A stretch of 64,000 nt of DNA from Massalongia carnosa (lineage: Eukaryota). A program made the position numbers and the translations under genes. This document shows positions 50,937 through 62,816 of the stretch, piece after piece (position 1 is the first letter of the stretch; each line of letters opens with the position of its first letter). Under the pieces are notes generated by a model. It made no database searches and had not been told where the DNA came from. It worked only from the letters and a program-made list of their open reading frames with translations. The stretch is from the NCBI GenBank assembly GCA_965645245.1, contig OZ287068.1:3162001-3226000 (forward strand), written 5' to 3'.

Positions 50937-53917
50937 ATGAGTAGTAGTTCTGCAGGGTATATGGACAATATCGCCCGTGACCAAGCTCCATACCACGATT
51001 TTCTCTCCTCGACCCATTCAGTCGACTGCAAAAAGCCTGCCTGTCCCCGTTTTGCGCCGCGAGCGACTTGCTGATCAACGAGCGTTCTACATACCACGGA
51101 TACCCTCTTTGGCGGCCGCACGATGGACCCGGGCCCCTCCGCTGCAGGCCCGCTGTCGCAGATCCGGAGACGGCGGCGCCTCTTTCTTGGCCTCCTCCTG
51201 AGGCTTACGTTGATGTCGACGCCGTCAAGCGTGAGTCTCAGGCCTATGCCACCCACGGCAACAACGAGGCCGCCATGGCCGCCACCATAAGGCGCGTCTG
51301 CGGGATGCGGGAGGAGGATCGGAGGGCCAACACCCTTAAGACGTACCGCAAGTGCTGGCATCTGTGGGAGGTGACTACGATAGGTATGCCCTGCAACTTT
51401 GGGCCTACGCTAACATCCTACAGAAGTGGTGCCGACGTCGCAATTTCCTTGACGGCGTCCTTGTGTGGGAGCGGAAGATGCTCCTCTTCCTCGAAGAGGT
51501 CGTCCTCCGCCTGCGCTTCGTCCCACGTCCCAAGCTCACAGGCGCAGCAGCGCAGGCCAGGCGGCGGGATCAGAATCGCCAACGGCAGGCTAAGCGCCGC
51601 GCGTTGAAGAGGGGGAAGGGGAAGGCGATGGAGGCGGTGGAAGCCTCGCCAGCGGTAGAGGGAGAGGAGGTGGAGGAGGTGGAAAAATTCGAGGAATTCT
51701 CCGACGGCGAGGAGCTCGTTGAGACGGTGAGTCGGCCCCTGAATTCGAATTCATGGATAGAATCATCTTTTTGTAGCTTACTGGCTCGTCTTGCAGCAAG
51801 CCGACGACCCTTTATCCCGGCCCCTGGCGCCCGATAGCGTGGAATCGAGCTACGTCTCTGCCCTCTGCGCCCTCTTCGATGACCAGCATCTCGAAGAGAG
51901 TTTGGTGGTGCCCCATCCCAGAGGGAAGGCCACCAATGCCCTGATGACGCGCTTACGCATCGATTGGAGCGCTTTCAAGCGGGCCTCGTTCGAGGATCGC
52001 GCGATCCACGGCCTCACCGACGGCTACACGACTGAGCAGGCCGCTCAATTGTCGGCAATGCTGCTCGCCGGGGGCAAGGTTTTGGGAGAGGAGGGCGTGG
52101 CGGGCGGCGAGTGGCACCTCCTGCGGACTCGCCTCGACTTCCTCCTAATGCATTCGATGATGCTGCGGGAGGGAGTCAACGCGGAAGGCTGAGCTACCTG
52201 ACCTCTGCGCCTACGACCTCCCTAACGAGGGGTCCGAATGCCTTGCGTTGATCCTTCGAATTGGCCAGGGCAAGAGCATTCCTCTGGCGGACGGGGGCAA
52301 CTCGCGCCGCCAGCATTACCATGGTGCTTTGCGGAGCAGAGATGTCGTCCTTTGTCCTCTCGGCGCCCTCGCCCACTGGCTCGTCTTGCGCTGGGACCTC
52401 CTCCTGGAGAAGCGGCCGGACTTCCGGGATCGATCTTCGTGGTATTTCACGAAGGTCATCTCCGGGAGCCTGGCGCGATCTAAGGAGGAGATCTCCGACA
52501 AAACACAGGCCCGATGGATCAAGCCGGCTTTGGATGCTGTCGGCGTCGACAGCTCCAAGACGGTCCACACCATGCGGCAGTCCTCGTCACGGCTGGCCGA
52601 CATGTGGGAGGTCCCCGCGGACCAAGTAAGTACTCTACGATTCATGGCCCCTTATACTTACTAGCATTACCCTTATATCAACTACTACAGATCATGAGAG
52701 CAGGCGGATGGGAACGTGGCGTCTGGGCCACTAACTACCTCACTCGCCTGCCGCGTGTCTACATGCGTCGCGCCGCCGGCTTTGGCAACTCCCCCGGGAG
52801 TTACTTTTTGAGAAGAGGAGGACACTCACCGGATCTAGCCCTGCAGCGGCAGGTGTGGCCTTGGGTGGATGACGCTCTGGCGGCGTACAAAGGCGGTCTT
52901 TTTCCTGATGCGGATAAGGCAGGGAAGAAGGTTCTGGAGATGTTGCTGCGGCTGCGTTGTGTCTTCCTGCAAGACACGGCGCTTCTACAGCCTCAGTTTC
53001 CTGAGCTTTCGCTCTGGAGACACCAAGTCTTCAGAGATCCCCTTTGGCCTGCGTTCGCGGCGAAGATACGGGAGTTGGAGGCTGTAGAAAAGGAACCTTT
53101 GCACGTGGCCATCCACGGCGTGCTGCCTCTTGTTGCTGACTCCGTTGATGGCGTCAGTAACAAGGTCAGCGGTGTTGCAATCAAGCAAGATCGCACGCTC
53201 AACGCTGTGGAGAGGTTGCTCTCCGGGCAGCGCCAGCTGACGACCATCTTGAGTGCGCTGCCGGCGGCAAATGCCCAGGAGATAGCTCGGGTCCTGGGTT
53301 CGCAGCTTTCACAATTGCAGGCCACGGTCTCGACGCTGCCTCGATCCTTTCTGACGGTTCCTGTGGAGGCTGTTCGGAGGGACTGGCTGCTGGACGAGGC
53401 TTCTTGGCGAGGGCAGGCGACTGCTCTTGCGACGGCGGCGCACTCCGTTGGTGAAGAGCCTGCTGCGTCGGCGTCCTCGTACGTCGACGCAGTCGCTTCT
53501 CTCCTTCCTACACCTTCTGTCGTCCTCACTTCCGTCCCCGGAGAGACGTCTACGGTCTCTGCGCCCTGTGGCTCCCTCCCCCAAGAGGGGCCGCCTCAAC
53601 GTCCTCCTGGCTGCCCGGCGGAGCCCATTCTCGGCGGCGTGACCTCGGCGGAGGCGGTGTTGGAGGAATTCGCGGTGGGGACGTTGGTGGAGGGGGTCCA
53701 GCGTGCATCTCTCGACGAGTTGGACCGCCTCTTTGGGGCTAAGTGGAGGTACACTCCTGCCCTGAGGCAGCGGTTCTACGTCAAGAGACGGATCTGTCAG
53801 TACCTTCAGGGGAAGGCGAATGAGCAAGGGAGGGATCCGTGGGATATTGTGCGGGAAGTTGACAGTTTGGGGCTCTCTGGACATCAGATCTCTAAGCGTA
53901 TTGACGAGAAAAGCTAA
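50937..53917 (+). mobile_element. CryptonF tyrosine-recombinase transposon gene (NDC10-II/YR plus GCR1_C-like domain), frameshifted
   Basis: Introns 51371-51423, 51727-51796, 52626-52690; LR(G)ESTR, HTMR, RAGGW, NYLTRLPR..MRRAAGF; C-terminal LDELDRLFGAKWR...KRRI; extra base near 52168. Confidence 0.88.
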
Positions 53918-56046
53918 AGCTCCGGCAATTGATCTCGATGCTGCATTGACCATTGCAAGAGAGGTCGCCGAAAATCTAAACCAATCAACGATGAAAGCGG
54001 GCGAGGAGAGATGCGTTTTGCAGCTGTGCACGTGGCATGCGGCCGAGGCAATAAAAAAACGACTGATCAAGGCAGGAAAATATCCCCAGGAAGTGCGCAA
54101 AATGCTGGAGACTCTGATTTGGGATTATATAAAATCCCTCACTATTGATGAGTTGGATGAGAGACGAAGAAAGTTGCTGAATGAACTTCATCCCGCAGAA
54201 AAGGTTAGTAGTGATATATCAAATTAAATTTCAAGCGAGTTAGGGCTACTGCTAACGCTACCTCTTTCGCAGGATTATCTCATGAATTTCTATCAACGTC
54301 AAGAAATTCAATTCGTGCATGCATATACTACTAAACTCCCTAATCTAGGCGCACACAGCACACAGCGTTCAGAAGGTCTACATTCATTGGTTAAAAATGT
54401 GACCAATAGAAATATTCCTATAAGACAATCGGTGCAGAAAATATGTGATGAGGTGTGGAAAAAAAAATAGATCAGGAGATTTTGTGCAATCAACAGCGAA
54501 TACGCAATCCTAGATTGATCGATAGAAATGCTTTTACTTTACTCATTGGGAAAGTTACGCATCATGCCATTGGCCTCGTTTCAAGAGAACTCGATGCCGC
54601 CAAATCATTAGCTGAACGAATCCTTTCTATTGTCCCTGATGGTGGAAGCTGTGTTTATGATTGTGAGTTGCCTTTAAGGTACGGTCTCCCATGCAAATGC
54701 TGGTTGTATAAATGCATCATCGACTCGGTCCCTATTCCCGTTTCCCTCATCCACCTCCGCTGGTTTTTTGATGGCCCACCTTATGCGGTCTCTTGGCAAA
54801 TGACCTTCGATTTCGCTCGCGGCTCGGAGCCCGAGATCGAAAAGATCGTCGATGAGGTCGAAGGGACGGGAGAGATTGAGGCGGATAAGGATGAGGTCGA
54901 GCTCGAAGAAGGCGTGTTGAGTAAGGATAGATTTCGCCGCGGGGGCCTTGATTTGCTACATTCTATGGCATATCAATCTATTGACCTGCATCAATCAATA
55001 GAAGATTCTCATCGAAGGGAGGAGTACGCTCGCGAGCATGCTCACATCGTTGAAAAGTTCAATAAGAAATGGCAAAAGAAGGAGCTGGTAAGACCTCTCA
55101 TCCCCACCACATTCCCCGACGAAATTCGGCCCAAAGAAAACCTCATGTATAAGAAAGGAGGGAGTCGTCGACGTGCCTACACTGGTCGCGAGGCAGCTGA
55201 GGCTAGAGAAACTGAACAGCAACGTACTAGGCGAAGGGACTCTATTGAACAAGGGAGGAGGCTTAGATATAATAGATTGCGTGCTGGGGGCGACGATGAG
55301 GTTGAAGGTGAAACAGAAGGTAAAATCACGATGTTGCAAAGTTATTGCGCTCGGGTCGGCTAATATTGGGTACAAGTACAATAGGTTTAGGAGAAAAATT
55401 AGTTATGGAGAGAATCGAAAACGCGTCTATCGTCTCCGACGACGATGACGAGGTGCAGTATATAAGCACTCAGCCCATTCTCGGTCGTTCTATGGATCCT
55501 ATGCTTCCTTCGGATGACGAAAATGATATTATTCTTACATCAGAAGCCTCGTCGGATTCGCTCGAAGATATTGATGATGTGCTTGCCAAGCATAGTCAAA
55601 AAGCCCTACCTCAGGCAGCGCCGGCTCCATCTCTTTATAGTCTTAGCCAAAACGTGCGCGCCAGTCAAATTCTCCCTACTTCCTCTGCAACAACGCGAAG
55701 GTCTCGGGGTGTGGCGAAGAAATCAAAGGCTCAGTTGGAGTTGGAATCTCAGCAAAGAGTCGAGAAATCAGTCAAACAGGCTAGGGCTCAAGCGAGAAAG
55801 GAAATGGCGATGAGAAAGGTGGCCAAAACCATGAAGCCTAGAAAAGATGATGTATCGCAACTGGCTGACGAGTTTTTGGAGTTGAAGTCATCGCAATAGG
55901 TAGATTTGTAGGTGTTGAGTCAGTAACAGCAACATTATTAATACGTAGTGTAACTTCTAGCTTGTACGCACCCTGGATGAGTAGTAAAATGGCTGTTTAC
56001 TAGTAAAGATTTACACAGGGGAGACGGTCGGGGGGGGGACTGTCCC
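53918..56046 (+). mobile_element. 5'-truncated Mutator-like (MULE) transposon
   Basis: LQLCTWHA (CxxH), NLGAHSTQRSEGLH (catalytic E), SWIM-like CVYDC...YGLPCKC; frameshift in poly-A at ~54460; candidate right TIR ending GGGGGACTGTCCC at 56046. Confidence 0.8.
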
Positions 56047-56311
56047 TAAGCATCTCGAACTTTGTAAAGTGGTACGAGGAATGCCAAATATGCGAGCACC
56101 GCATATCTTGCTTTCAAGTGGATTTTCTATTAGAAACTGCTTAGCATCATTCGCGTGACAGTATCATTACAATTCATGATTGTTAAATGAACAGTTGACG
56201 GCATAATGTTGAAATTACTACGGAGGTGACTGTTTATAGCAGTCATGGCAGTCTGCAGGGCTGAGCTAGAACTAATGGGGCTAAGCGAGTATTACAACAA
56301 TGATGTTAATA

Positions 56312-58447
56312 CGGAGGATGACACAAAAAGTCCTTGGATGCGCTAAGAATGGCACTAAGGATTTAGCGCTGCATCAATGCCCCTTTTCCATATTTGATTT
56401 ATCATCTTTATTTTTCACATCAACCTCATTTTCAAACGATATAATGCATTAAAAATCAGGTCTATATGCAGACTTATGACATGATCAGTCTACATCACTG
56501 CTATCAGATATAATGTCTTTGCGATAGCGAATGCGACGATCTTCGGAATTATATGGCCGAATCACACCATTGTCTCGACCTTCTCGATACTCGTTTCCTC
56601 CATTTAAAGCGATGACTTCTTCTATATGTCGTGGAATTCGTTCTATCCATTGCTGAATTTATTTTTGTTTCAGAGTTTTTGTCCAGCACCGAGTCCATGC
56701 TTTGATAGCCGTAATGCGATTTCGAGGTGCTCCTTTTCGTGTGGTTTGCCTTTTCATCCCAGGCCAACATTGCTCGATCATGTTCAAATCAGGAGAATTA
56801 CCCGGCCACAATAAACGCAAGACTTCTGCATCCATAAAGACGAGGTCTTGATGTTTGGAAGCATGACTAGAGGCCCTGTTCTCCTGCAAAACAGTATCGG
56901 GACGATCTTTTATACATTCTTTTGCAAACGGAAGAAGTTTAGGAAGAAGAATAGTTTTTTGATAACATACCAGTCGATGCCCCCTTTGCCTTTTCGAGCC
57001 ACTTTTCCATGCTTTTCATCCCATTTCCAGACCGGTTTTCGACCTCCTTTGGTACGCAGTCCCATTCGTTTCATGCCTATTTCCAATTCCCAATTTTCTT
57101 TCGCTAGCGGCTCCAATGCCTCATTGATTTTGTCGATTTCTCCTTGAGCGGCACGTTTTTCTGCCGCTGTCTCCGGCTTCCATATATGAAAAGGACCTTT
57201 CTTTTCATACGAAAAACAACCCCAAAACATGAATTCGGAACATCCTTTCCATCTACGTCGAATGCATGTTTGAGCATATTTTTCTTTTGGAGTTCGCCAC
57301 TGAAGTCTTCGTCCTCTTCGAGAGCCTAACACAACACTAGTTTCATCGCTCCATATGACATTCTTCCAGTCATCGAGAGTCCAATGACAATAACGCAAAC
57401 AGAATTGCAATCGAGCCTCTTTCATTGCTGAATCAAGGCCTGGTTTCATGGTAGATTTGCAGGGACGAAAGTTATTGCGTCGAAGAACATTGAGAATAAG
57501 TTGTAGATGAGACTTCGTGCTCATATCCCAAAACGGCTGAGGATTTTTCTCTACAATTTCGATCATGACGAACGTTGTCTAAAACGGCCTGTTCTACCTC
57601 AGACGTCACTTTAGGAGGACGTCCTGAACGACATGCATCTTCTACGTATTCTACCTTCAATATTAGCGAAACAGTGGGATCATATCCTCGATCTCTGTCA
57701 AGGACTGGGCAGGGGATTGAACTAATGTTCCTAGGAATTGGATTGGGTGATCAAGATGTCTTTATTAATAAGGCTATAGCTAGGTGATGGATTGCTATAC
57801 AAGACGTCGGACAAGGAGTCAACTATCTAATTAACTTGTCCTTCCTTTTATATTTGTCTCGAACCCCTTTGCATGAAGATTCGATCAGTGTTCATCTCCC
57901 CCTATTAGGAGACGTACGGCACGAAGGTTTGACGAGGTGTTTGACGATAAAAGGTGGAGATGAGGTTCTCCTGTCGTTGGTACGCTTTGATGGTGATGGT
58001 ACAGCTTTGACCTGAAGCCGTTGAGAGGGGTCTAAACTCGATTTAGTTAATGAGATTCTGACTAAGCTGAATAGAGGAACGGGAGCTTAGTCAGATTCAT
58101 CTGCGGGATTGATTCTGGATCGGGTTGGTTCGATTTCATGACAATCTCGTGCCTTGCGTTTGAGATAGCTGATAGACTGAGTAGAGACTCCGATGACTGC
58201 TTGAACGACTTTGGCTGTTATGCCGTGTTCAATCAAGGATAATGCTTGTAACTTTTGACCAATGGTCAGACTATTGTTCTGAGTTCGTGATGTCATGATA
58301 TGAAGCATATAAAATTTTACTTGATGATATTTGATAAATAACAGATGCTGCACAGGTTGAAATGTACAATATCTATAAAAACCCCTATTTAAATTTTAGC
58401 GTCTTTTCTGCACAACGCTAAAAATGCACTAATGCACGCTACCAAGG
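56312..58447 (-). mobile_element. Tc1-like transposon (Tc1-C), same family as Tc1-A; degenerate, one TIR truncated
   Basis: TA+CGGAGGATGACACAAAAAGTCCTTGG at 56310; transposase 58296 to ~56485 (WSDETS, QENRASSH with D>N, SPDLNMIE) with frameshifts; right end keeps only ...GCTACCAAGG. Confidence 0.9.
57696..58143. mobile_element. Solo LTR, family A copy 2, inserted in Tc1-C
   Basis: TGTCA...TGACA termini, TSD ATCTC (57691-57695 / 58144-58148); removal restores RKARD-RGYDPTVS. Confidence 0.93.
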
Positions 58448-59441
58448 TGTTCTCTCCGCCTGCTGGGTTAACTAGCATCATTTGTCCAACAAGCAGCTTT
58501 GAGAGCCATTTTAACAGAGCCAATGAGAGGGACTTTGCTTCCCTATCACGTGCCTTTCAGACAGGTACTTAACTACATGCATCCACACTCACGGAATAAA
58601 CAACATGCCTAGTAAGATAGATTTACTTAGATCACCGAAAACCAGCCATCTTTCATTATTACTAGGTTCCCACATTTGCAGGTGTACGGACTTACTTGCC
58701 TCCTCTATAACTCGATACCGGAATTTAGAGCTCCTTGCTCTCCAAAAGAGGAATACTTTTCGTTGCAAAGCTGTGGAACTGTCTGGCGACGATATGGATC
58801 GGAGAGAGAGAAACTCAGGTCTGCTAAGCATGGAGAATGTTCGAGGAGGCCGAGCGTCGGAGGCGACAACCTACAGTATGGGGCAGGAGTCTGATAGAAT
58901 TCTAGCTAGGGGCGAGGTAAGAGGTACGTACGTCCTCCCCACCGAGGCACCTCTTATTTCAGGAGCACTTCGAGTTCGTTGAGGATCTACAACCTATGTA
59001 CGAATAGCGATTCTGGGGCGAAGACTTGGAAATGAAGATACGTATGCTTTGGTAAGGAGTCACTGGGGTACAAAGCGAAAATAGCTATTCACGAAATGCT
59101 GGGTTATTATTACTCTCTATGCCGCCGGCCCGACGATCTTACAAACATCTTCTTTTCAAGCCGGCTGAACTGATTGATTGATTGATTGATTTTTCTTACG
59201 CCGATATGACACCAGCTGAAGCTGGCCCATGCGGGAGATACTACATAGGCTATATAAAGGCAGAAAACCCGAACGGGTAAAAAACTGCTCCTGCGTACCA
59301 GGTTTGTAGAGGACTCGCTCTTTCCCCGGGTTGATCTCTACGGTTTGGGAAACCCGCTATACCCGTTATGCGCCTGAGTAAGTGCAAGAATAAAAGAGAA
59401 GAAAAGAAAATAAGTAGAAGAAAAAACCAATTCTCCTCTCA

Positions 59442-62400
59442 TTATTGCTCCGTCATTTGCGCGGCAATGGTGTACTGTGTTAGTATGCCCGTACGCATAA
59501 GCCATGCAGTGATTATTTTGATCGCTTTGGGGTCTGTTATCAGTTTTTGATAATCCAGCGAGCCAGCTGCACGCAACATATCGATTCTATTATGCAATCC
59601 GCAGAACATTATCACATGTTTCGCCGTTTGAAAGCGGCTTCCGCACAGGCAGGCCGCGGACTCAATGTCTGGCACCTTGCGTTTGAATAGAAAACTCGCT
59701 AACCCGATTTTCTCTGTTCTAATTTGAATTGCGAGGGAGCTTTGCGCCTTATTCAGCAGCTTGTGCGTGTTCAACCTGTTTTTGTGCAATGGACCCGACT
59801 GTGCTATTGTTGGATCAAGCGTATGTATTGATTGATACGCTATCCATTTGTCCTTCCATTTTTCTTTAAATCGTTTCGCTATGATTCCGTCTCTTTCTCT
59901 TTGAAGTGCGGCATATTCTGCTCGTTTTTCCTCTTGTGCATTCTCCGCTTTTTCCCATGGTGGTGTGCGTTTGGGCTTTCTCTTTGTTGATACTTCAGCT
60001 GTCAGCTTGGCCACCCATCTCTGTCTACGAGCTCCCGGTGTTTCTCCAATAATCCGTTGTCGCCCTCTTTTCCCTTTCAATCTCGTTCTGATTTTCTCGC
60101 ATGCCTGTTCTATGACTTTTGCCTGACCGTTGTGTTGTAGCCTCGATCTACCTTTGGCCTGCAGATGATCCAAATGTTGCGTCAATGGACAGATGAATGT
60201 TTCCGCCTGTAACACCTCGATGGGTGTGGCCCTGTACGCTCCGGCTACTACTCGTAAACATTTGTTTTGTACGATCTCGAGTTTGCTTTTCCTCGTGACT
60301 TTGACGTGCTTTTGTGTTTCCTCCGGCGTGTGCCATACCAGAGAACCATGGGTCATTGCCGGGCGTACCACCGCCGTGTACACGTGACGGGCTTGTAGGA
60401 GGGTCGCACCCCAAGTGGCTGCGGCGATTCTAGTCAGCGCTCTCGTTTGTCTCGTCATTTTCTTCTGTATCTCTTTGTAGTGCGCCGACCAATTGAGCCT
60501 CGTGTCTATGTACACCCCCAGCACTCGTACAGATTTCGTGACGTTGAGTAGTTTGCCGTTTACTGTGAAGGAAGCTTCGAGATTGAATTTCTTGGGATTT
60601 TTTGCTAGATGTATGAGCTCGTATTTATGCGGCGCGAACACGGAGCCGTGGCGTTTCGCCCATCGTTCGCAATTCTCGTGTATTTCTTTCAATGTTTTGC
60701 AATTTTCTTCCGTGGATTTGCCATATGTCAGGATGTTCACGTCGTCTACGAATCCTATGCCTGCCGCGTTTGTGCTGGGTCTATTGCAAATGTCTAAGAG
60801 GTCCGCATTGTAAAAGAGATATAGAATGGGAGATAGAGGAGATCCCTGAGGGATTCCTATGCTCAGCGGAAATGCGTTAGTGGTGCGTTGATTAATCGTG
60901 AGCGTGGTTTCTCTTTCTTTCAAGAAACTATCCGTCCATTTGGCTATCCACTCTGGGATCTTTCGTTTTCTCATGTTGTGAATGAGCCTACGATGAGAGA
61001 CGGTGTCAAAGGCTCCCGATACGTCTATGCTCAATAGAGATGCCACTTTATCGTTACCCTGATTCCATACGGTGTGCACTTGTTCAGTGAGCAGCTCCAG
61101 TGCTGTTTCCGTTCCGCGGCCCGGCCTTGCACCCATTTGAGTATCCGGGATCAGTTTAAATTCTTCCGTCAGATGGCTAATTTTCCTTGCTATAATGGAT
61201 TCCAATGCTTTGCCCAACGTGTTCAACAACGCTATGGGTCTCCATGCCTTGGGATCCGTATAGTTTCCTTTTCCTGGCTTCTTTAGCGTGATAGTGTTGG
61301 CGATTTTAAAGACTTTCGGATGATATCCTTCATTCACACATGCTTGAAAAAGTGGTGTCAGCAATTTGATTAGGTTTTCTGAACAGGCTTTGAGAATTCT
61401 ATTTGTGATTCCATCCGGTCCTGGGGCTTTGTCTGGCTTTGGCTTTCGCAGCGCCGCCGCCACTTCTTCTTCCGTTATCAGTGCTGGACATTCTGGTGTT
61501 GGAGGGTACGAATATCCTACGAGATCCCCGAGATCCGCGTTAGGAGGAGGGGGAAAGAAGGACTTCTTCAGCATATTTACTCTCTTCTCGAACGTGTCTG
61601 CTATCGTATTGGGATTTTGTGCTGTTGCTAACGGGGGCATTTTTGGAATTTCTCTTGGTGCGTCGCTTCTGTCTTTGCCCCATTTTGCGAGTCGGAAGAG
61701 TCCTGTTCTTGATGCTGCAACTTCGGCCATTTGTTCTCTGAAATGAAGATTTCTTGCCTTACCGATGATTTTCTGTTTTTTGTCGTTCATTCTGATGTAG
61801 TTTTTCCAGTCTGACAGATTTCTTTCCGCCGTCCAGATCCTACGAAGCCTGCGGGTCTCCTTCGTTGCCTCCTCGCACTCTCTATTCCAGAAGGACTTCG
61901 CCTGGGGACTAGGTTTAGCCCATGGTACCGCCTCCTGAACGATTCTTTTGAGGTAGTCTTGAATATCTGCAGTGTATGCATCAATTTCGTTGGCGCCTCG
62001 TACGACGCGTGGTGTGGGGGCATTTCTCTCAACTTCTCTCAGTTTATTCATGTCCAGGAGTTTCCAGGCTCTTCGGCGGGGAGGCGTAAGGGGTTCACAG
62101 GTGAGGCGGAGCCTCGTCGATATTGGTACGTGATCTGAGTCTTGATTCAGCTCCGGGACTGTGATACAGTGTTCCAATCTTTCTACGAGATCTTCCGTCA
62201 TGAACACCAGATCGATGGTGCTGAATGAGTTTCTTGCCTCCCATGTCACTGTTCCTCTTGGCAGGGTGAGCGAAAGATTTTTACTTTCAATGATGTCTAG
62301 TAGCTGTTCGGACGCCTCGTGTTGACCTCGCACTCTCGCACCTCCCCAATGTGGATGATGAAGGTTGAAATCCCCTAGCAAGATGTGTTCTCCTGGCCCG

Positions 62401-62816
62401 TTCAGTTGACGCAGGGCGGCCGGTAGGGTAGACGGACTATCCGTCGCTGAGATAGATAACGGGGATGGATTGTAGATGTTGTGTATATGAATTTTTCTTA
62501 ACACGCTTCCTATTCTGATTTCTATATTCAATGTGCATAGATCTTCTGTTGGATATTCCACGTCCCAACTTTCTGGATCTATCTTCTCGTTGATATAGAA
62601 GCAGACGCGTGTGTCTCCTCCGGATTTGTAAAGTAAGTGAAACCCGCTCTGATAGGGGTTGAGTAGTAGGGCCGTTGTAGGGTTTTTCCATGGTTCTTGA
62701 ATAGCAATGATATCGAAATTCTTTGTTTTCTCGTCTGCAAGCAATGGTATCAGTGTGCCTTTCGCACTTTTCCTGACGTTGTACTGCAGAATTGTGAGAG
62801 TGTTCGTGTCTCTCAT
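59442..62816 (-). CDS. LINE ORF2: APE endonuclease, reverse transcriptase, C-terminal zinc knuckle (no evident RNase H)
   Basis: LQYNV, IQEPW, LLGDFNLHH, SDH (endonuclease); KAPGPDGI, RPIALL, IPQGSPLSPIL, FVDD (RT); CLCG...TAKHVIMFC. Confidence 0.96.
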   Translation of the reverse strand: MRDTNTLTILQYNVRKSAKGTLIPLLADEKTKNFDIIAIQEPWKNPTTALLLNPYQSGFHLLYKSGGDTRVCFYINEKIDPESWDVEYPTEDLCTLNIEIRIGSVLRKIHIHNIYNPSPLSISATDSPSTLPAALRQLNGPGEHILLGDFNLHHPHWGGARVRGQHEASEQLLDIIESKNLSLTLPRGTVTWEARNSFSTIDLVFMTEDLVERLEHCITVPELNQDSDHVPISTRLRLTCEPLTPPRRRAWKLLDMNKLREVERNAPTPRVVRGANEIDAYTADIQDYLKRIVQEAVPWAKPSPQAKSFWNRECEEATKETRRLRRIWTAERNLSDWKNYIRMNDKKQKIIGKARNLHFREQMAEVAASRTGLFRLAKWGKDRSDAPREIPKMPPLATAQNPNTIADTFEKRVNMLKKSFFPPPPNADLGDLVGYSYPPTPECPALITEEEVAAALRKPKPDKAPGPDGITNRILKACSENLIKLLTPLFQACVNEGYHPKVFKIANTITLKKPGKGNYTDPKAWRPIALLNTLGKALESIIARKISHLTEEFKLIPDTQMGARPGRGTETALELLTEQVHTVWNQGNDKVASLLSIDVSGAFDTVSHRRLIHNMRKRKIPEWIAKWTDSFLKERETTLTINQRTTNAFPLSIGIPQGSPLSPILYLFYNADLLDICNRPSTNAAGIGFVDDVNILTYGKSTEENCKTLKEIHENCERWAKRHGSVFAPHKYELIHLAKNPKKFNLEASFTVNGKLLNVTKSVRVLGVYIDTRLNWSAHYKEIQKKMTRQTRALTRIAAATWGATLLQARHVYTAVVRPAMTHGSLVWHTPEETQKHVKVTRKSKLEIVQNKCLRVVAGAYRATPIEVLQAETFICPLTQHLDHLQAKGRSRLQHNGQAKVIEQACEKIRTRLKGKRGRQRIIGETPGARRQRWVAKLTAEVSTKRKPKRTPPWEKAENAQEEKRAEYAALQRERDGIIAKRFKEKWKDKWIAYQSIHTLDPTIAQSGPLHKNRLNTHKLLNKAQSSLAIQIRTEKIGLASFLFKRKVPDIESAACLCGSRFQTAKHVIMFCGLHNRIDMLRAAGSLDYQKLITDPKAIKIITAWLMRTGILTQYTIAAQMTEQ

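Noticed and set aside
50937..53917. Starship captain recombinase
   Set aside because: Motifs and the GCR1_C-like tail match CryptonF/NDC10-II rather than DUF3435; no cargo or boundaries seen.
58605..58982. 125-aa ORF between Tc1-C and the LINE tail
   Set aside because: No recognisable homology; its start overlaps the degenerate flank shared with Tc1-A.
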